Shown here: piece after piece, positions 63,700 to 64,000 of the stretch
Layout of the letters: each line of letters begins with the position of its first letter
Numbering within the stretch: the stretch's first letter is position 1
Source: Antedon mediterranea
Taxonomy: Eukaryota; Animalia; Echinodermata
Direction: 5' to 3'
DNA length: 64,000 nt
Assembly (NCBI RefSeq): GCF_964355755.1
Contig: NC_092679.1
Span: 20,071,432 to 20,135,431 of the forward strand
Notes under the pieces: generated by a model
The model's input: only the letters and a program-made list of their open reading frames with translations
Database searches by the model: none
Told to the model about the DNA's origin: nothing
Made by a program: the position numbers and the translations under genes

Positions 63700-64000
63700 C
63701 TATAAAAACAAGAACATAGCTTATGAAATTATAATCTATTTTGTAATTTATCGAATTTCCTAGCAAGCAACCAATGTGGTGATTAAGAGATAAGTTAAGT
63801 GTGGCGATTGTCACCAACATAGTACAGTAGAACAATATATTATATCATACCAAGAACTTATGAGGAAATCGGTCTATTATTGCTTCCTACAACGAATTAA
63901 AATAAACCCTTTAGTGCCAATCTCCAAATGACATTTTTTGTAAAGTCGCAGCTTGTAAATAAAATGGAAAGAGCTTTTGTTTGTCGCCTAAATAAATTTA

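Overview
AT-rich, intron-containing eukaryotic DNA from a marine invertebrate animal. A deuterostome such as an echinoderm is the best guess, inferred from gene structure, Deu-domain SINEs and TAGGCCTA-rich promoter flanks. The first ~17 kb has no recognisable gene. It holds repeats, a 43-bp minisatellite, several higher-GC enhancer-like blocks and a CTCF-like site. Then come RPAP1 (minus, 27 coding exons, ~1415 aa), PCNX4 (minus, 8 coding exons, ~1224 aa) head-to-head with SRP54 (plus, 14 coding exons, ~515 aa), and a tandem array of at least three divergent, compact TMEM26-like genes (minus) running off the right edge. All exon chains were built by hand from GT-AG sites and are phase-consistent. 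Introns are dense with non-autonomous elements: two PIF/Harbinger MITE families, Kolobok-like, Tc1/pogo-like, Helitron and Helentron elements, tRNA- and 5S-derived SINEs, and a CR1/L2 fragment. The most unusual structure is a 4.3-kb nested stack in RPAP1 intron 16: a Kolobok MITE contains a hAT-like element with a 6-bp TSD, which contains a TTGCGCAA palindrome array and a Mutator/foldback-like element. No prokaryotic systems or CRISPR arrays are present.
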